DNA of 64,000 bases. It comes from Spirochaetia bacterium. Lineage in GTDB: Bacteria > Spirochaetota > Spirochaetia > SZUA-6 > Bin103. Location of the stretch: positions 1,920,001 through 1,984,000 of the forward strand of contig CBDBDQ010000005.1 of NCBI GenBank assembly GCA_965203905.1. The letters are read 5' to 3'. The position numbers and the translations under genes were made by a program. Shown piece after piece: positions 10,312-18,845 of the stretch; position 1 is the first letter of the stretch, and each line of letters begins with the position of its first letter. Below the pieces are notes generated by a model. That model was given only the letters and a program-made list of their open reading frames with translations, had not been told where the DNA came from and ran no database searches.

Positions 10312-10728
10312 ATGGAACGACATGAGACGTTCGCCGCGGCTGCCCTGCAGGGCGTCATCGCCGCGCGCACCAACTTCGACATCGCCGGCGAGATCGAGCT
10401 GGCGTGGCGCTACGCCGACGGCATGGAAGCCGAGGCGGCGCGCCGCGGCAAGCTGGCGATGGCGGACCAGCTTCCCTACGACTGCGAGGTCACCATCACC
10501 GCCAAGGCCGACTACAGCTACGCCCTGGTCGAGGGCATCGAGGCCGCGACCGAGCAGGGCATCGAGTACTCCAACCGCGATCGCCGCTTGATCGGCGAAG
10601 TACTCGCCGCCTACGGGCGCGCCGAGGACGCCGGCAATTCGTTCACTGGCCGGTGCGAGCTGTCCCACACGTTCGGCGAGGTCTGCCGCTTCACGTTCAC
10701 GCCGAAGCAGGACGACGAGCCGAGCTGA
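10312..10728 (+). CDS. Phage-like hypothetical protein
   Basis: AGGAG RBS; N-term FAAAALQG...AWRYADGM resembles the common phage 'RDYFAA.A.QG...AY..ADAML' motif. Confidence 0.65.
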   Translation: MERHETFAAAALQGVIAARTNFDIAGEIELAWRYADGMEAEAARRGKLAMADQLPYDCEVTITAKADYSYALVEGIEAATEQGIEYSNRDRRLIGEVLAAYGRAEDAGNSFTGRCELSHTFGEVCRFTFTPKQDDEPS

Positions 10729-10781
10729 TCCCGCGCCGGCGGCGCCGCCGGCACCACACCACAACCGCACACGACACGCCT

Positions 10782-10814
10782 GCAGGGCGCCTTCGGACTC
10801 CGGGGGCGCCCTGC
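10782..10814 (+). terminator. Strong GC hairpin (terminator- or processing-like)
   Basis: GCAGGGCGCCTTCGG / CCGGGGGCGCCCTGC followed by TTGTGT (weak U tract). Confidence 0.45.
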
Positions 10815-10821
10815 TTGTGTC

Positions 10822-10872
10822 CGGACGCCCGGGCTGGGCCTGCGCAGGGGTTCGACTCCCCTGCCCCGTCCG
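10822..10872 (+). ncRNA. tRNA-like element 2 (T-arm + acceptor-like stem)
   Basis: AGGGG-TTCGACT-CCCCT canonical T-arm (10846-10862), closed by CGGACG..GGGC / GCCC-CGTCCG. Confidence 0.4.
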
Positions 10873-10901
10873 TAGCCGCTACTGCGGCCAAGGAGCTCCA
10901 C

Positions 10902-11372
10902 GTGAAGGTTGGAGTACCGATCATCGTGATCGCCATGGTGGCGATCCTCGTCATGGGTTGCGCCGGCAGCGAGATCGCGCCGGCAACGTCCGACGCGCCG
11001 GCGCCGGGGAACGGCGACCCGCTGGCAGCGCTGTACGCGGCACCGCCGGCCGGCGCCGCCTTCATCACCGTCGCCGACGTGGACAGCGTGGGACCGGACG
11101 CCCTGTCGTTCGATCCCTTCTACCACTACGGCTACGCCGCCGAGCTGGTGGTGCCGTCCGTTCCCTGGGGCGCGCCGTTCGAGGACCTGAGCCTGGATCT
11201 GGCGGCTTCGGACGCCGTGGCGCTGCCGGTGCACGTCGACATCGACGCCCACTTCACCGCGGCCATCGCCGCCGCCGCAGTCGACGCTCAGCCGGTGGTG
11301 TGGGAGCGCGGTCCGGAGACGCAGCAGCCGCTCCCGGAGGGTTGGGAAAGCCCGCCGCTGGACGCGAAGTAG
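10902..11372 (+). CDS. Putative lipoprotein
   Basis: AAGGAG RBS, GTG start, hydrophobic signal ending LVMGC. Confidence 0.6.
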   Translation: MKVGVPIIVIAMVAILVMGCAGSEIAPATSDAPAPGNGDPLAALYAAPPAGAAFITVADVDSVGPDALSFDPFYHYGYAAELVVPSVPWGAPFEDLSLDLAASDAVALPVHVDIDAHFTAAIAAAAVDAQPVVWERGPETQQPLPEGWESPPLDAK

Positions 11373-11521
11373 CCGGTGGCCGAGTTGTTCCTTGGGGCGG
11401 CAGTCATCGCGGCTGCCGCCCTTCTGGTGTGGGTGGCCGTACGCATCGTGGTGCGGCTGTTCACGCGCCCGGGTGGCGATGGGCCATGACCGGGACCGCT
11501 CTGGCCGGCAGGAGGCGGCGC

Positions 11522-11821
11522 ATGCTGATAGATCTGATCTGGACGGCGCCGCCGGCACTGCTGGTGGTCGCCACGGCCGCCTACGCTGCCGGCTTGATGT
11601 GGGCGCTGGCCTGGGACGTCGAGCGCCTGCGCTGGCGCGAGTTCGACGGCTGGCGCACGATCCTGCGCGATCGCGTCGCCCGGGGCGCGGCGCCGGCCCC
11701 GCCCATCCTGGGCTGCAGCTACTTCGCGCGGCTGCGCTGGCACCGCACCTACGGCTGCGGCTGGCGCCGTGTGCAGCGCGCCCGCATCGCAGCCCGGCGC
11801 TGGGACCGCTCGTTCCGGTAG
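11522..11821 (+). CDS. Small membrane protein
   Basis: AGGAGG RBS; N-terminal hydrophobic helix. Confidence 0.5.
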   Translation: MLIDLIWTAPPALLVVATAAYAAGLMWALAWDVERLRWREFDGWRTILRDRVARGAAPAPPILGCSYFARLRWHRTYGCGWRRVQRARIAARRWDRSFR

Positions 11822-11841
11822 CAGGCGGTCCTACCCCCCTT

Positions 11842-11916
11842 GGCGAGAGGTTTTCCAACACCCGGAGGAGAAGCGGGTCATGACCCGCCGGCAGGTTCGA
11901 GCCCTGCCCTCTCGCC
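11842..11916 (+). ncRNA. tRNA-like cloverleaf element 3 (75 nt, CAT in central loop)
   Basis: GGCGAGAGG/CCTCTCGCC acceptor-like stem; TTTTCC/GGAGAA arm; GCGGG-TCATGA-CCCGC arm; GCAGG-TTCGAGC-CCTGC T-arm; non-canonical D arm and no CCA. Confidence 0.5.
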
Positions 11917-11970
11917 CTACCGGCACCCGGACCGGGAGCCGAAATACACTACCAGGAGGAACAGTGCCAC

Positions 11971-13080
11971 ATGAGCACCCCCGACAGACCCCAACTGCCC
12001 GCCGCGGCCGCGGTGTGCGCCGACCCGCCGGCGACGGTGCCCACCCTCACCGAGCCGGGACCGCTCGACCGCAACCCCGCCGCCGTGTACCTCGCCGCCA
12101 AGGCGTCCGCGGTCGGGCGCCGCGGCCTGCAGCGTGCGCTCAACCGCGCCGCCAAGATCCTGACCAGCGGTATCACCAAGGATGCCCTGAGGGTGGAATG
12201 GACCGAGCTCCGCTACCCGCACGTGGCGGCGCTGCGTGCCTTGCTCATCGACCAGGGCGCCGCGCCCGCCACGATCAACCACCTGCTGTCCGCCGTCCGC
12301 GGCACGGTCAGGGAGGCGTTCAACCTCGGCCTGGTCGACGCCGACACCATGCTGCGAATCGGCAACGTCAAGAGCGTGACCGCGAGCACCCTGCCGGCGG
12401 GCCGCCACGTCGACGTCGGCGACATACGCCGCCTGTTCGACACCTGCAGCGAAGGCGACACCCCGGTGGGCGCCCGCGACGCGGCCATGCTCGCCCTGCT
12501 GTACGGGTGCGGGCTGCGGCGCAGCGAGGTCGTGGCGCTGGATCTCACCGACTACGACGCCGGCGCGGTCACGGTGCGCTCAGGTAAGGGACGGAAGGAT
12601 CGCATCGTCTATCCCCCGACGGGTGGTCGCGCCGCGATCGACGCTTGGCTGGCACGCCGCGGCTTCTGGCCGGGCGCGCTGCTGGCGCCCGTGGCCAAGG
12701 GCGGCAAGATCCAGCATCGCGGCATGAGCGCCCAGGCCGTGATGCTGCGCCTGCGCCACCTGGCCAAGGCGGCCGGCATCAAACCGTTCTCGCCGCACGA
12801 CCTGCGGCGCAGCTTCGTCGGCGAGCTGCTCGACAAGGGCGCCGACATCAGCGCCGTGCAGCAGCTCGCGGGGCACTCCAACGTCTCGACCACGCAGCGC
12901 TACGACCGCCGCCCCGAGGAAGCCAAGCGGCGCGCGGCCGAGCTGCTGCACGTGCCGTACAGCGGTCCGCCGCCGATGCTGCCGGGCAAGCCCGCGGAAT
13001 CGCGGGACGATCCCCCACCCGCCGTTGAGGCCTCGCCGCCCGGGCGCGCCGATCCGCCGCCTGCAGGCGCACCTGGTTGA
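11971..13080 (+). CDS. Tyrosine recombinase (XerC/D-like, N-terminal SAM-like domain)
   Basis: RDAAMLALLYGCGLRRSE, GKGRKDR, HDLRRS, LAGHSNVSTTQRY; catalytic R-K-H-R-H-Y set intact. Confidence 0.92.
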   Translation: MSTPDRPQLPAAAAVCADPPATVPTLTEPGPLDRNPAAVYLAAKASAVGRRGLQRALNRAAKILTSGITKDALRVEWTELRYPHVAALRALLIDQGAAPATINHLLSAVRGTVREAFNLGLVDADTMLRIGNVKSVTASTLPAGRHVDVGDIRRLFDTCSEGDTPVGARDAAMLALLYGCGLRRSEVVALDLTDYDAGAVTVRSGKGRKDRIVYPPTGGRAAIDAWLARRGFWPGALLAPVAKGGKIQHRGMSAQAVMLRLRHLAKAAGIKPFSPHDLRRSFVGELLDKGADISAVQQLAGHSNVSTTQRYDRRPEEAKRRAAELLHVPYSGPPPMLPGKPAESRDDPPPAVEASPPGRADPPPAGAPG

Positions 13081-13327
13081 CCTACGGTGGGAGATACACC
13101 CGCCGGCAGCGGGTCGGCCTCCCACCGAAACGGAGCGTCTGGAGCGGCAGCGTTGCCGCGAGCTCGGCGCATCGAGGGCCTCGCCGCGGCGGATCCGGAG
13201 CTGCGGACGTGGGAGCCGTACCCGTGAATCGAGGGGCGTGTCTCCCACCTTGGCACCTTCCCCCGCTACTTGCCGTGCCCCGGCGCACCGCGTAGGCTTG
13301 TGCCTGGGGTAACACCCCTCCGTAACT

Positions 13328-13368
13328 GCCGCCTTCCCCTGCCGAGTGTCGGGGGGAGGCGGCTTTTT
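13328..13368 (+). terminator. Rho-independent terminator
   Basis: GCCGCCTTCCCCTG / CGGGGGGAGGCGGC stem followed by TTTTT. Confidence 0.75.
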
Positions 13369-13382
13369 GCGTCTAAGGAACG

Positions 13383-13580
13383 ATGCCTGACCTGAACGAC
13401 TGGCGCTTGAACGGCCGGCGCCGACTCGAAGGCCGCCGGCGCACTCCGCCGTGGGTGGGGGTGCTGGTGCTGGCGATGGTGATGTACCTCGCCAGCATCG
13501 CCCTCACCTTCACGGTCGCGTTCTTCCTCGACCAGCGCATCGTCGCCATCGAGCAGCTCCTGGACATCAGGGAGAAGTAG
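13383..13580 (+). CDS. Small single-pass membrane protein
   Basis: AAGGA RBS; basic N-term then WVGVLVLAMVMYLASIALTFTVAFFL. Confidence 0.55.
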   Translation: MPDLNDWRLNGRRRLEGRRRTPPWVGVLVLAMVMYLASIALTFTVAFFLDQRIVAIEQLLDIREK

Positions 13581-13626
13581 GGGAGGTCCCAGCGGGCTGG
13601 GCGGTCCCACTGGGAAGGCGTGTACC

Positions 13627-13980
13627 CCCTCTCTGTCAAACCGTGCAAAGTCTACAAGGGCTGCGCGCGAAAAGGCCAATCCCTGCCTCTCTACGCACTC
13701 CTTTTGGCCATTTCGCCTTGTGGACTTTGGCTGCCGGTCCACAAGCGGTACACAAGGGGTCCCGCAAGCGCGGCCGCCGCCAGCGGGTTCGGCCATCCAC
13801 AGGCGTCAGCACGTAGGTCGCCCTCTCTCTCAACTGTGCAGACTTGACAAGGGGTGCGCGCGAAAATGCCAATCCCTGCCTCTCTACGCACTCCTTTTGG
13901 CAGTTTCGCCTTGTCAAGTTTTGCTGGGCTTGACAAGCGGTAGACAAGGGGTTTCGAGGGACCCGGCAAGCGCGGGGCCG
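13627..13980. repeat. Direct repeat pair (~150 bp unit, 193 bp period) with covarying stems
   Basis: Identical 34-bp core GCCAATCCCTGCCTCTCTACGCACTCCTTTTGGC in both copies; flanking differences preserve pairing. Confidence 0.9.
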
Positions 13981-14481
13981 GTGGGGAACCGCGGGGCCGG
14001 CCTTCGCTGCCTTGCCGCGCCGCCAAGCCCACCGGTACGCTGTCAATAGGGACCGCCCCCGCGGAATCCCTCCCAAGCTGGCCGCCGTCTCCTTGAGAGC
14101 CCAGGAAACGGCGGCTTTCTTTGTGCCCAGTCGCTCAGGCGCTTCAGGAGCGCTCGCAGGCGCCGGATGGTGGGCATGTACCACCTCGGCGCGGCGAGCG
14201 TGCTGTGGCCACAGGAGCGGGCACTCCGCTGGAAATTAAGAGACGGGCGCCCGGTGTCGTTTCCAAGACTCAACGGGCACCCGCGACCAGAGCCCCGGCA
14301 GGTGTCGAGATACCGACGGGAAGCGCTGATCCGTCACTTAATGTACCGCAAGCGCCGCGGCGCGTCACCTGTCCCGAGCGGCACCAGCTTCACCCCCGTG
14401 TTCCGCCACGCGGCCAGTGCTCCCACACGCTGAGACCGCCGACGAGGACGCCGAGCATCCCGCCCCGCCAGCGTGCCGCCA

Positions 14482-14721
14482 TCACGACGCGGCAAGCACC
14501 TGGCCGACGCCAGCCCGTAACGCTTCGTTCACTTGATCCCAGGTCAAAGCGTAGGGGCTGATCGGACCAGGGGCGTGCAGCAACTCGCCGGTGCGAGCGT
14601 CATGCAGAGCCCAACAGCCGTAGTCCGCGGCCCCCGGATCACGCGTGCGGGACGCAACCAAGCGGATGCCGCGTCGGTAGGCCATGGCGCGCACGCGTAC
14701 GACTTCACTTCTATCGATCAT
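14482..14721 (-). CDS. Small hypothetical protein of mobile elements
   Basis: RVRAMAYRRGIRLVASRTRDPGAADYG resembles a recurring prophage/IME small-protein motif (R..A.R.G..L.KSR.RDP...DYG). Confidence 0.55.
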   Translation of the reverse strand: MIDRSEVVRVRAMAYRRGIRLVASRTRDPGAADYGCWALHDARTGELLHAPGPISPYALTWDQVNEALRAGVGQVLAAS

Positions 14722-15015
14722 GGGTTTCTAATCTTACGCCAGCCGGCGGGTCATGTGCAATAAGCTGATCGTAGACACGCCCGAGGTGTTGCCGTTATGT
14801 TATCCAAAATTTGGTCACGAAACGTTGTTCGTGACACAGGGAGGGTAAGACTCGGCAACCCGCACCGATAGCACGACGTATCGTGCTGGTGATCTATCCC
14901 CCAGATCCTGGAAGCGGGCAATCTGAGCCAAGCCTGCTATATGCGCTTAGTAGCAGGGGAGTCTAACTAGCCTCTTGTTGGCGCTGCCGCAACACCTCCC
15001 TTTCTCAGAATCAGT

Positions 15016-16380
15016 TTGGGGAAGGGGAAGTTTGTGCGTAGACCACTACGAGAATCCAATGAACGCGGTGCCACCCGCGGCAACGGCCAGCAGAACGGTG
15101 CCGCGCTAGCGACACGGAAACGAGTTCGCAAGGACAGGAGTGATAAACCTGTCATCCCGGCCAGTGCCCGCGGGTTCAGCGACTCGTTAGAATTGGTGAA
15201 TGCTGACATCCGATACAATGTCCGCGCTGCAAAGTACGAAATCTGCCTGAATTTTTTTGACGATCCATCCGGCTGGGAGGAAGCAAACTCGCGTCGCTGG
15301 GCCTACCTGTTCGAACAGGTAGCGGAGCGCTGCGATTTCGCGACCGCCAGTAGTATAAAACCGGCGCGGTTTTCCAGGGAGCTACGCAAGCAGGTAATCG
15401 ATGCGTACGGCTTCGCACACGAGGTCGATCCATTCAAGAGCTGGCTGTTAAGCCTTCCTCCGTGGGACGGGGTTAAACGCCTGGACACTTTGCTTGACCT
15501 CGTTTTCGAGGTCCGCGCCGGTCAAGATCCGGACCTGGTTAAGTGGATCTCAGGTGTCGTGCCCACCACCGCTGTTTGGCGCTGCATGGAGCCAGGCTAC
15601 CAGCAGGACGTTGTGCCGGTGCTGATCGGGGGGCAAGGCATAGGCAAGTCCACTTATCTGCGTGCGCTGCTGCCCGACGATCGGGACGAGTGGTTCGGCG
15701 ACGGGCTGTCGCTCATCTCGGATGACAAGGCGCGGGTGGAAGCGACGTTGGGCAGGGTCATCGTCGAAATGTCGGAGATGGCCGGTTCCACCAGAGCGGA
15801 CCGGGAGCAAATGAAAGCTTATATCTCGCGTCGCAATGATAGCGGCGTCCGGTTGGCCTATCGACGCGATCCCGAGGACATGCCACGCCGCTTTGCACTG
15901 GCCGCGACCAGCAACGACCGGTCATGCCTGCCTGCCGATCCCACCGGCCTGCGTCGCTTCGCGCCGGTGGAGCTGGACGCCAAGATCGCCGGCTGCGGCG
16001 GCGAGCGCCAGCCGGCGATCTTCGTCCGCGAACGGATCGCGACCAGCCGCTCTCAACTATGGGCGGAAGCTCTGGCACGCTACAACGCCGATATCCCACC
16101 GGCCATGCCCCTCAAGCTGGAAATGGGTGCCGCCGCCGAACAGGCCGAACAGTACCGCAACGCCGATGAGGTCCTGGAGGAAAAGCTCCGCGACTGGTTG
16201 TGGGTTCAGAGTGATCCGTTTCGGCTGAAGGATGCCATGGAAGCCGCTGGTTACCGCTCGGAAGCGCCGCCTACCTCCGCCGAGGGAAAACGCGTCGCAG
16301 GCGCCCTGATTCAGCTCGGCTGCACGAGAACGAAGATCCGCGATGCGAGACTGTGGCGGCCACCGTCAGACCTGAGTTGA
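15016..16380 (+). CDS. VapE (virulence-associated E)-like P-loop ATPase/helicase
   Basis: PWDGVKRLD, LIGGQGIGKST, VEMSEM, KAYISRR.D..RLAYRR....PRRF...ATSN, LPADPTGLRRF, QLWAEA. Confidence 0.9.
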   Translation: MGKGKFVRRPLRESNERGATRGNGQQNGAALATRKRVRKDRSDKPVIPASARGFSDSLELVNADIRYNVRAAKYEICLNFFDDPSGWEEANSRRWAYLFEQVAERCDFATASSIKPARFSRELRKQVIDAYGFAHEVDPFKSWLLSLPPWDGVKRLDTLLDLVFEVRAGQDPDLVKWISGVVPTTAVWRCMEPGYQQDVVPVLIGGQGIGKSTYLRALLPDDRDEWFGDGLSLISDDKARVEATLGRVIVEMSEMAGSTRADREQMKAYISRRNDSGVRLAYRRDPEDMPRRFALAATSNDRSCLPADPTGLRRFAPVELDAKIAGCGGERQPAIFVRERIATSRSQLWAEALARYNADIPPAMPLKLEMGAAAEQAEQYRNADEVLEEKLRDWLWVQSDPFRLKDAMEAAGYRSEAPPTSAEGKRVAGALIQLGCTRTKIRDARLWRPPSDLS

Positions 16381-16412
16381 CAAAGGGTTGGTGAAGGAGT
16401 CCCCGGTCCGTA

Positions 16413-16646
16413 GACACTTCGGACACTTCAACGCTATTCGTTTTGTTTTTTTCTCCTCTCATCAGGAAACGTGTTCTACGCACTTCTTTTGCTCTGTCGT
16501 TATCCATCGCCGTAAAGGAAGTGTCCGAAGTGTCCATAGTGTCTTAGTGGTTCGGTGACAAGGATTTAACCGTGGACACTTGCGGAATTGAAGCGTCCCG
16601 AAGTGTCCGGCGAGAGCGGAGCAAGGCCGGCGAGAGCGGAGCAAGG
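16413..16646. repeat. Iteron-like 9-bp GAAGTGTCC repeats in inverted arrangement, plus 20-bp tandem repeat (putative origin)
   Basis: GACACTTC-GGACACTTC (16413-16429), GAAGTGTCC x2 (16518-16535), GGACACTT (16574), GAAGCGTCC/GAAGTGTCC (16590-16608) around a T-rich tract; CCGGCGAGAGCGGAGCAAGG x2 (16607-16646). Confidence 0.7.
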
Positions 16647-16671
16647 GTCCCCGTGGTATCGTCTCCCGAGA

Positions 16672-17289
16672 ATGAAGCGCTGCTACGCTTGTTTACACCC
16701 GCAACGCGCCGCCATCGACGCCGATCTGCTCCAGGGCATCTCCTACCGGACGGTCGCCGCGCGCTACGACATCAGCGCGGCCGCCCTCCATCGCCATCGA
16801 AGCAAGCACCTGTTCCTGCCCACTGTGGGCGACCTGCGGGGTCCAGCGACCGGGACCATGCAGTACGTCCCCGACTGGTTGCGCTGGGACGGTAGGAAGT
16901 GGCAGCCCTGCGACCCGCCCGACCCCAAAGATGTGATCGAGGTGAGCGGTCGGCCTGTAAGACCCAGCGAGTTCAAGAAGGAGGGCCGCGTGGTGGGCAC
17001 CTACACTCGCAAGACCTATCGGCTGCGCAGGTCAAAGCTCCGCTCCACAGAGCACGCCGTGGGCGACCTGCTGGGGCCGGCTGCCGGGACCACCCTCAAA
17101 CACTGGTTGCGCTGGGACGGCAATGAGTGGCAGCGCTGCGACCCGCCCAACCTCGAAGATGTGATTGAGATGCACGGTCGGCCCGAGCACAAAGGCAACA
17201 TCGTGGACCCCAAGGACCGCAGCCGCGTGCTGGGCACCTACATCCGCAAGACCTATCGGCCGCGCAGATCACGGCGCCAATCCTCGTAG
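16672..17289 (+). CDS. CxxC-HTH protein (terminase small subunit-like N-terminus) with duplicated ~70-aa C-terminal domain
   Basis: CYACLHPQRAAIDADLLQGISYRTVAARYDISAAALHRH; two copies of VGDL.GPA.GT...WLRWDG..WQ.CDPP...DVIE..GRP...V.GTY.RKTYR.RRS. Confidence 0.65.
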   Translation: MKRCYACLHPQRAAIDADLLQGISYRTVAARYDISAAALHRHRSKHLFLPTVGDLRGPATGTMQYVPDWLRWDGRKWQPCDPPDPKDVIEVSGRPVRPSEFKKEGRVVGTYTRKTYRLRRSKLRSTEHAVGDLLGPAAGTTLKHWLRWDGNEWQRCDPPNLEDVIEMHGRPEHKGNIVDPKDRSRVLGTYIRKTYRPRRSRRQSS

Positions 17290-17950
17290 ACCCGCTCCAG
17301 CTCCCACCGCCGTCGTCCTCGCGTGTACGCGTACGCGCACCGGATGCGCACGTCCCCCCGCAATTCACGTGGAAAACGTTACTAAAGGGAACAACCAGCC
17401 CCCTATATGAAACTAAAACCAACCCGGTAGACCGCCTCCAATCCACGAATCGACCCTCTCTTTCCTCCACTGAACAACTTGGAATCGAAACACTTAGGGG
17501 GCACCTGGTTCATATCCTACCCCTCTGGCCGAGTGATCCAATCTCCGGGTGCATTTTTGGAAAGCGTTACCGGTACAACATCAAGGTGAACGTTATTGAA
17601 CCTTGTAGACGGCGACATATCGCCCTTATCCGAGGGGTCTGGCAAGGGAGTAACACCACTGAACAGTCGCTTATCGAGACGGATAGAGTGATATGACGGC
17701 ATCTGGAGCGCACCTCGACCGCGGTCGGCTCCCGGTGGTGCAAAGTACGCATTTTCGGCCAAGTTTCAGGAAGTTCGAACGAATCACGGGGGCAGACCCC
17801 TTGTCCCCGAATCGGTACGAATACACGGCCCCAGGGTCCATCTCTCATCGTGGCTGTGCCAAAAGCCCCTTCCGCCCTGAGGCGGGGGAACCGTGGCGGT
17901 GGCGGGGCCTGCGGCCCTGAGCTGCGGCGTGCGGCTCTGGCTGCCGGGGC

Positions 17951-18379
17951 TCAGGTAGGCGGCGTAGTCCTGGCGGGGCTCGTTCTTCTCCACACGTTAG
18001 GGTTGCCGGGGACGGGTTCGAAGCCCTTGTGTTGCGCCCGGAGCCTCTCCATCTCCTTGGCCTCTCTCTCCTGCCGCGCGATCTGGAACGCTTCCTCCAC
18101 CGCCCGCCGGCGCGGTTCGGCGACGGCTTGAATGCTGTCAGCGAACGCTCGCTCCGCCAGCTCCGCGTAGCCGTCCGGGTGCTGGGTTCGGTACCAGTGG
18201 GCCAGACGATATGCCTGCTTTGTGCGGTTCTTGGGGTTGGCCGTGGAATGCGGATGGGTGCGCTGATAGCAGGTCTCCCACGGGATCCTGTGGCGTAGAT
18301 GGAGGTAGATCATCTCCTCGGCCGCCAGCTTGCGATTCAGGACGGCGGGGGTCTCTCCTGCAGGTCGGCGCGGCGGCAT
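17951..18379 (-). CDS. HTH-like protein, paralog 1
   Basis: AEEMIYLHLRHRIPWETCYQRTHPHSTANPKN; similar to 18508-18843. Confidence 0.65.
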   Translation of the reverse strand: MPPRRPAGETPAVLNRKLAAEEMIYLHLRHRIPWETCYQRTHPHSTANPKNRTKQAYRLAHWYRTQHPDGYAELAERAFADSIQAVAEPRRRAVEEAFQIARQEREAKEMERLRAQHKGFEPVPGNPNVWRRTSPARTTPPT

Positions 18380-18507
18380 GGACGTGCTACTGACCAGATC
18401 GCGGCGGCACCGGCCGTGTCCGACGAGCCCGCCATCGTTCGAGCTGCCGTGGCCGCGGCATCACGGCCCACCAGCAGCCCGCCCAGGCGCCGCCGGCGCG
18501 GCCAGGG

Positions 18508-18843
18508 TCAGCGTGCGGCCGAGGGGTGGCGCCGCCCTGCTGCGGGGCCAGTCGTGGGAGGTGCAGCGAAGGAATCCTCGATGCCAAGTCGTTTGCGAGT
18601 TTGCTTGCGCGCTCTCCGCAGCCGCCTCTCGAATTCCTTGGGGTACCGTCGGCAGAACCATGAGATCTCTCGTCGAGCCAGAACTTCCGCGCTCTTGGGC
18701 TTGGCCGTGGCCTTCGGGTTGACCCGCTTCCAGCATTCATCCAGGGGGATGCCCTTGGCGAAGTGCAACTCGATGATTTCCTCGGCTCGCACCTTCCGCT
18801 CCTTATCTCTCGGCGTATCAACTGGTGCTTTTCGGCGTGGCAT
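18508..18843 (-). CDS. HTH-like protein, paralog 2
   Basis: AEEIIELHFAKGIPLDECWKRVNPKATAKPKSAEVLARREISWF. Confidence 0.65.
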   Translation of the reverse strand: MPRRKAPVDTPRDKERKVRAEEIIELHFAKGIPLDECWKRVNPKATAKPKSAEVLARREISWFCRRYPKEFERRLRRARKQTRKRLGIEDSFAAPPTTGPAAGRRHPSAAR

Positions 18844-18845
18844 TA

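Noticed and set aside
11842-11916. Functional canonical tRNA-Met
   Set aside because: No conserved U8/A14/GG D-loop layout, 6-nt anticodon loop, 9-bp acceptor; kept only as tRNA-like
13840-13960. Sigma70 promoter from TTGACA copies in the repeat
   Set aside because: No acceptable -10 hexamer at 16-18 bp on either strand, and copy 1 lacks TTGACA
13627-13980. Possible CRISPR mini-array (34-bp identical repeats)
   Set aside because: Only two copies, 193-bp period, the intervening sequence is itself homologous, and no cas genes are present
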